From: an uncultured delta proteobacterium | GTDB taxonomy: Bacteria > Desulfobacterota > Desulfobaccia > Desulfobaccales > 0-14-0-80-60-11 | Length of the DNA: 64,000 nt | Direction of reading: 5' to 3' | Assembly: GCA_963797235.1 (NCBI GenBank) | Contig: CAWCOX010000004.1 | Span: 462,400 to 526,399, forward strand | Shown: positions 58,794-64,000 of the stretch, piece after piece | Position numbering within the stretch: the first letter of the stretch is position 1 | How the letters are laid out: each line of letters starts with the position of its first letter | The notes under the pieces: model-generated | What the model was told of the DNA's origin: nothing | Database searches by the model: none | What the model saw: the letters and a program-made list of their open reading frames with translations, nothing else | Program-made: the position numbers and the translations under genes

Positions 58794-58809
58794 TGCAGGT
58801 ATTGTGCCA
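58794..58809 (-). promoter_or_regulatory. Sigma-54 (-24/-12) promoter
   Basis: The minus strand reads TGGCACA-ATAC-CTGCAT. Confidence 0.65.
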
Positions 58810-59164
58810 AATACCGGCTTTGTTATTTTATATCATATTTCAATATGTTATCCCTTAGTCGCTCAAACCCCTCGGTTCAATAATTTATACCGAGGAAGGG
58901 TTTTTGTATATCATTATAGCCTCATCCATCTAATTTAATTTAACAATAGCGTTTTTAGGTCTAATTCAATTTTTTGTTCAAGCCGCGGCGCCGGCCGGGA
59001 ATCTAGCCAAAATTGTCTGGTGCTCTGGTCAGCTGGTCAGCAACCGCGGCCGGCTGCACCGACGCCTCCGGGGCGGAAGCGGGCGCCACTCCTGCGACTT
59101 TTTACGGGAAAGAGGCCGCTAAAACGATTATAATGACTTTATCAAACGAGAGGTCAGACTTTCC

Positions 59165-59512
59165 ATGTGTATCTTCTGCGGGGGGCAATGCGGCGGCGCC
59201 GGTGAATTTCTGATTTCCATCGGTTTGCCGTTTTTGGTGCTCTATTTTTTGAGGATAAAGCAGGCGCTGGTCAGGCTAGGAAATAGAATTGTGCGCCGGG
59301 GCCAAGCAATGCCGGCTGCACCGGCTAAATGTGAATGTTGTGGCCAGCCGCGGCAGGATTGTCAAGCGCCGCAAAGTCAATCCATCGATCTCAAAGACTT
59401 AGAGCTGCTTGAATTGAAATCTCAGCATAACGAGTCTACCGAAGTTTCCTTAGAGACAACTAGATTAAATAACCAATTAAAATTAGTAAAAAGAGAGAGT
59501 GTCCGGAGTTAA
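59165..59512 (+). CDS. Hypothetical Cys-rich single-TM protein
   Basis: 115 aa: MCIFCGGQCGG.., a TM segment (FLISIGLPFLVLYFL), then ..KCECCGQPRQDC... Low-GC region. It overlaps the next gene by 14 nt. Confidence 0.4.
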   Translation: MCIFCGGQCGGAGEFLISIGLPFLVLYFLRIKQALVRLGNRIVRRGQAMPAAPAKCECCGQPRQDCQAPQSQSIDLKDLELLELKSQHNESTEVSLETTRLNNQLKLVKRESVRS

Positions 59513-59993
59513 AGGCTGGTTGTTGTTACTATGTTTAAACCTCACTATTTTTATTCCCGCTGTAAATCTTTATCAAATTAATTGTATTCTTGATTTATTT
59601 AATTCTCGCCGGAATAAAATACTCTTATTAATGTTTAAGACGCTATTGGCCTATAACGTCTTGGCAATTGCTACGATGCTATTTCTGGCTATCTTCAGTT
59701 TTTATGCCGGACAGAGGCTTTGGCAGATTAAATCAAGGGCCGTGAAGACCGCCAAGGTATTTTTGGTCACTCAATTATTGCTAATCTTGGTTATCACCAT
59801 TATCCGGCCGATTATGACCGCAACCGTAGATACCGGGGGGCAGGTTTTCGGTGCCATATTAATCAGCTTAATTCCTTCCTTATTGCAGTTTGGCCTCTGG
59901 TACTTATATCTGGCTAAATCGCGTCGAGTCCGTAATACCTATGGTGACGGCGAAGCTAAACTATCTGTGATCCCTCACCTTCTGCAAAATTAA
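59499..59993 (+). CDS. Multi-TM membrane protein (DUF2569-like)
   Basis: 164 aa with 4 predicted TM segments and low GC (~40%). The family call is from general resemblance only. Confidence 0.45.
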   Translation: MSGVKGWLLLLCLNLTIFIPAVNLYQINCILDLFNSRRNKILLLMFKTLLAYNVLAIATMLFLAIFSFYAGQRLWQIKSRAVKTAKVFLVTQLLLILVITIIRPIMTATVDTGGQVFGAILISLIPSLLQFGLWYLYLAKSRRVRNTYGDGEAKLSVIPHLLQN

Positions 59994-60172
59994 CTGACCA
60001 GACTGGATTTACTTTAGAGAGTTGGGGGCATAAGCCCCTGCCTCACCTCTTCCGGACCATCCATCATCATGCCTTCCTGGATTCTCTTTTTTTCCCACGA
60101 CAGGTGGATTCTGGTCAGGTGCGTCTTAAATTAAGATAAGCGTCCGGAGCAGAAATCCAAAGGAGAGCACAG

Positions 60173-60700
60173 ATGAAATTAAAGATCATGGCAACGGCGT
60201 TGGCTTTAACCGTGGTGTTGATTTGGGCCTGCAGCGAATCTACCGCCCAGACGGCCAAGGCCACCCTGATGAACACCCAGGGGCAGAAGGTCGGAGAAGC
60301 AAAGTTGACCCAGTCTGCCGAGGGGGTGAAGATCGACCTGGCGGTGGAAAATCTCCCGCCCGGGGTGCACGCCTTCCATATCCATGAAAAGGGAGACTGC
60401 CTGAGCCACGATTTCACGAGTGCCGGCGGCCATTTCAATCCCTTCGGCAAGCATCATGGTCTGGAAAATCCCCAGGGCCCGCACGCCGGCGACCTGCCCA
60501 ACCTGACGGTGGGCCCCGATGGTCGGGGCACGGTCTCGACGGTGGCCAAACTGGTCACCCTGAAGGAAGGCGAGAAAAATTCCCTCTTTCAACCCGGGGG
60601 GACTTCCCTGGTCATTCATGAGAAGGCGGACGACAACGTGAGCGACCCGGCCGGCAACGCCGGAGCCCGCATCGCCTGCGGCGCGATCATCAAGCCCTAA
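60173..60700 (+). CDS. sodC: Periplasmic Cu,Zn superoxide dismutase
   Basis: Signal peptide. ..GVHAFHIHEKGDC.., ..GGHFNPFGKHHG.., ..HAGDLPNL.., ..LVIHEKADD..GNAGARIACG... Confidence 0.95.
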   Translation: MKLKIMATALALTVVLIWACSESTAQTAKATLMNTQGQKVGEAKLTQSAEGVKIDLAVENLPPGVHAFHIHEKGDCLSHDFTSAGGHFNPFGKHHGLENPQGPHAGDLPNLTVGPDGRGTVSTVAKLVTLKEGEKNSLFQPGGTSLVIHEKADDNVSDPAGNAGARIACGAIIKP

Positions 60701-60717
60701 TTCCACTCCGGAGTATC

Positions 60718-61674
60718 TTAAAGGGACGCGGCCTGGCGAGTCAATCTATTTTCCATAAACCGGATCAGGCGGCTCATCGTCTCATTGTAAGGGGTGGCCA
60801 CCCCGGTCTCCCGGCCGTAGCGGCAGATGGCGCCGTTGAGCGCCTCGATTTCGGTGCGCCGCCCGGCCTGCAGGTCCTGCCACATGGAGGGCCAATGCGC
60901 CGCGGTGGGGGGCACCAGATTCTCCAGGAAATGGTGGAAATAGCCGGCCGCCTCCGGATGATGCAGCGCGACGCCCCTGGCCCGGGCCACGTCATAGATC
61001 TCAGCGATGATCAGCCCCATCAGGTCCCGAGTCTCGGGGTCGTCGCCCAGGGCCCCGTAAGTGGCGCCCAGGATGGCGCCCAACGGGTTCAAGGCGCAAT
61101 TATACAACACCTTGTCCCACAGGTGCGGGATGATCTCGGCCACCACCTCGGTGGGGATGCCGGCCCGGTTCAGATCCACCGCCACCCGGGACAGTTGGCC
61201 GCCGGGAAGCTCCGGGTCCAAAGCCCCCAGCAAGACCGGTGCGGCGTATACCGTCACCGTGACCAGGCCCGGCCGGATAACCTGGGCCCCGAAAATGACC
61301 CGGGCCCCGATGGTACGTGACCTCCCGAACTCCTCGGCAATGATCTCCAGGTTGCCCAGGCCGTTTTGCACGGAAACGATCAGCCCATGAGAAGCCAGCC
61401 TGCCTCTCAGCCGGCGGCAGGCTTCCTGGGTGGCAAAGGATTTGACACAGAGCAGGATAACCTCATAGGGCTCATCGGCCTCGGGTTCGAGGGGCGCGGC
61501 GCTGATGGGACCGACCTGAAAATTCCCCCAAATGCCGTCAATCTCCAGCCCTTGAGCCGCGGCCCGGGCAAAATGCTCGCCCCGGCCCAGGCAGGCCACC
61601 GCCTGGCCGGAGCGCTGCAAGAGACCAGCAAAGACCGAGCCCAGGGCTCCGGTGCCAACGACGAGATAGCGCAT
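60718..61674 (-). CDS. panE: 2-dehydropantoate 2-reductase
   Basis: MRYLVVGTGALGSVFAGLL.. Rossmann N-terminus. The ApbA_C region includes ..LWDKVLYNCALNPLGA.. and ..SMWQDLQAGRRTEIEALNG... Confidence 0.85.
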   Translation of the reverse strand: MRYLVVGTGALGSVFAGLLQRSGQAVACLGRGEHFARAAAQGLEIDGIWGNFQVGPISAAPLEPEADEPYEVILLCVKSFATQEACRRLRGRLASHGLIVSVQNGLGNLEIIAEEFGRSRTIGARVIFGAQVIRPGLVTVTVYAAPVLLGALDPELPGGQLSRVAVDLNRAGIPTEVVAEIIPHLWDKVLYNCALNPLGAILGATYGALGDDPETRDLMGLIIAEIYDVARARGVALHHPEAAGYFHHFLENLVPPTAAHWPSMWQDLQAGRRTEIEALNGAICRYGRETGVATPYNETMSRLIRFMENRLTRQAASL

Positions 61675-61841
61675 AAGAAGTTTTCAGTTGCCAGTTGCCA
61701 GTTAAAAAAACCGGAGTGATTAAATCATTAAATCTTAAAACCTATTTCAAGACCTCTCCGGCGTAGTCCCCCTCCCCCTAACCCCCTCCCACCAGGGGAG
61801 GGGGGATAAAGCCTTGAACTCTTGTAGGTTATTCCTGGGAA

Positions 61842-62141
61842 ATGATACTAGCTATGAACACCATACGCCAACTGATTAAGGAATTGTTGCTGGAGGAGAC
61901 CCTCTCCAGCCTGGAACTCTCCCAGCGCCTGTCGGTCTCGGAAAAAGAGGTCCTGGACCACCTGACCCATATCGTCCGGGCCCCAGGGCCGGGTTGCCGG
62001 TTTCAGATAACCCCCGCGGTCTGCAAAAATTGCGGTTTTGCCTTTAAAAAGCGGGAGCGCCTCACCATTCCGTCCCGCTGTCCCATCTGCCAGCACGAAT
62101 CCATTCGCCGGCCGCGCTTTGCGTTGGTGCGGCAAAAATAA
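61842..62141 (+). CDS. Small HTH plus zinc-ribbon regulator-like protein
   Basis: 99 aa. N-terminal winged-helix-like region (..LSSLELSQRLSVSEKEVLDHL..). C-terminal CxxC..CxxC (CKNCGF..CPICQH). Confidence 0.55.
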   Translation: MILAMNTIRQLIKELLLEETLSSLELSQRLSVSEKEVLDHLTHIVRAPGPGCRFQITPAVCKNCGFAFKKRERLTIPSRCPICQHESIRRPRFALVRQK

Positions 62142-62148
62142 GAAATCT

Positions 62149-62231
62149 AACCACCAAGACACCAAGAGCACCAAGTTCCACCAAGAAATGATCTTGGTGA
62201 CCCCTTGGTGTCCTTGGTGCCCTTGGTGGTA
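62149..62231. repeat. CACCAAG-heptamer hairpin element, copy 3
   Basis: ACCACCAAGACACCAAGAGCACCAAGTTCCACCAAG-AAATGAT-CTTGGTGACCCCTTGGTGTCCTTGGTGCCCTTGGTGGT, between convergent genes. Confidence 0.85.
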
Positions 62232-62239
62232 CATTTCTT

Positions 62240-64000
<1,761 letters not shown>

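Overview
High-GC (about 58-60%) chromosomal window from a sulfate/sulfite-reducing Desulfobacterota-type bacterium. I found no rRNA, tRNA, CRISPR array, transposase or integrase.

The backbone is housekeeping and energy metabolism:
- dsrA-dsrB-dsrD-dsrN followed by two tandem ferredoxins.
- A cyoABCDE-like haem-copper quinol oxidase operon.
- secA, argJ, hisG, hisI, nrdJ (class II), glmS (partial), lepB, pepP, crcB, sodC, panE, slyD and rubredoxin.
- Two M16 peptidases and a P-type ATPase.

Four things stand out:
1. A minus-strand regulatory island at 55.5-58.8 kb. Two secreted PEP-CTERM proteins sit behind GEMM / c-di-GMP-I-like riboswitches (two in tandem, each with its own terminator, plus divergent variant copies). 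Immediately upstream are two paralogous ~115-nt sRNA candidates. Each has a near-consensus sigma-54 (-24/-12) promoter, C-rich anti-Shine-Dalgarno-like loops and a strong intrinsic terminator.
2. A decayed copy of the same riboswitch-PEP-CTERM unit at 14.5 kb.
3. A three-gene operon whose products all face the periplasm: CHASE2 adenylate cyclase, a FecR-like protein and a TPR-CHAT (caspase-like) protein.
4. Several dispersed repeat families:
   - A ~0.5-kb element present as an inverted pair 54 kb apart, with a partial third copy. All three copies carry three GCGGYA boxes phased at exactly 11 bp.
   - Hairpins built from the heptamer CACCAAG.
   - GC-rich REP-like hairpins.

Caveat: at least 15 frame disruptions interrupt conserved genes, including two in essential secA at homopolymer runs. 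I read most of them as assembly or sequencing indels rather than pseudogenes.

Coordinates of non-coding features are hand-derived and may be off by 1-3 nt. All family assignments come from reading the translations and from motifs recalled from memory; no searches were run.
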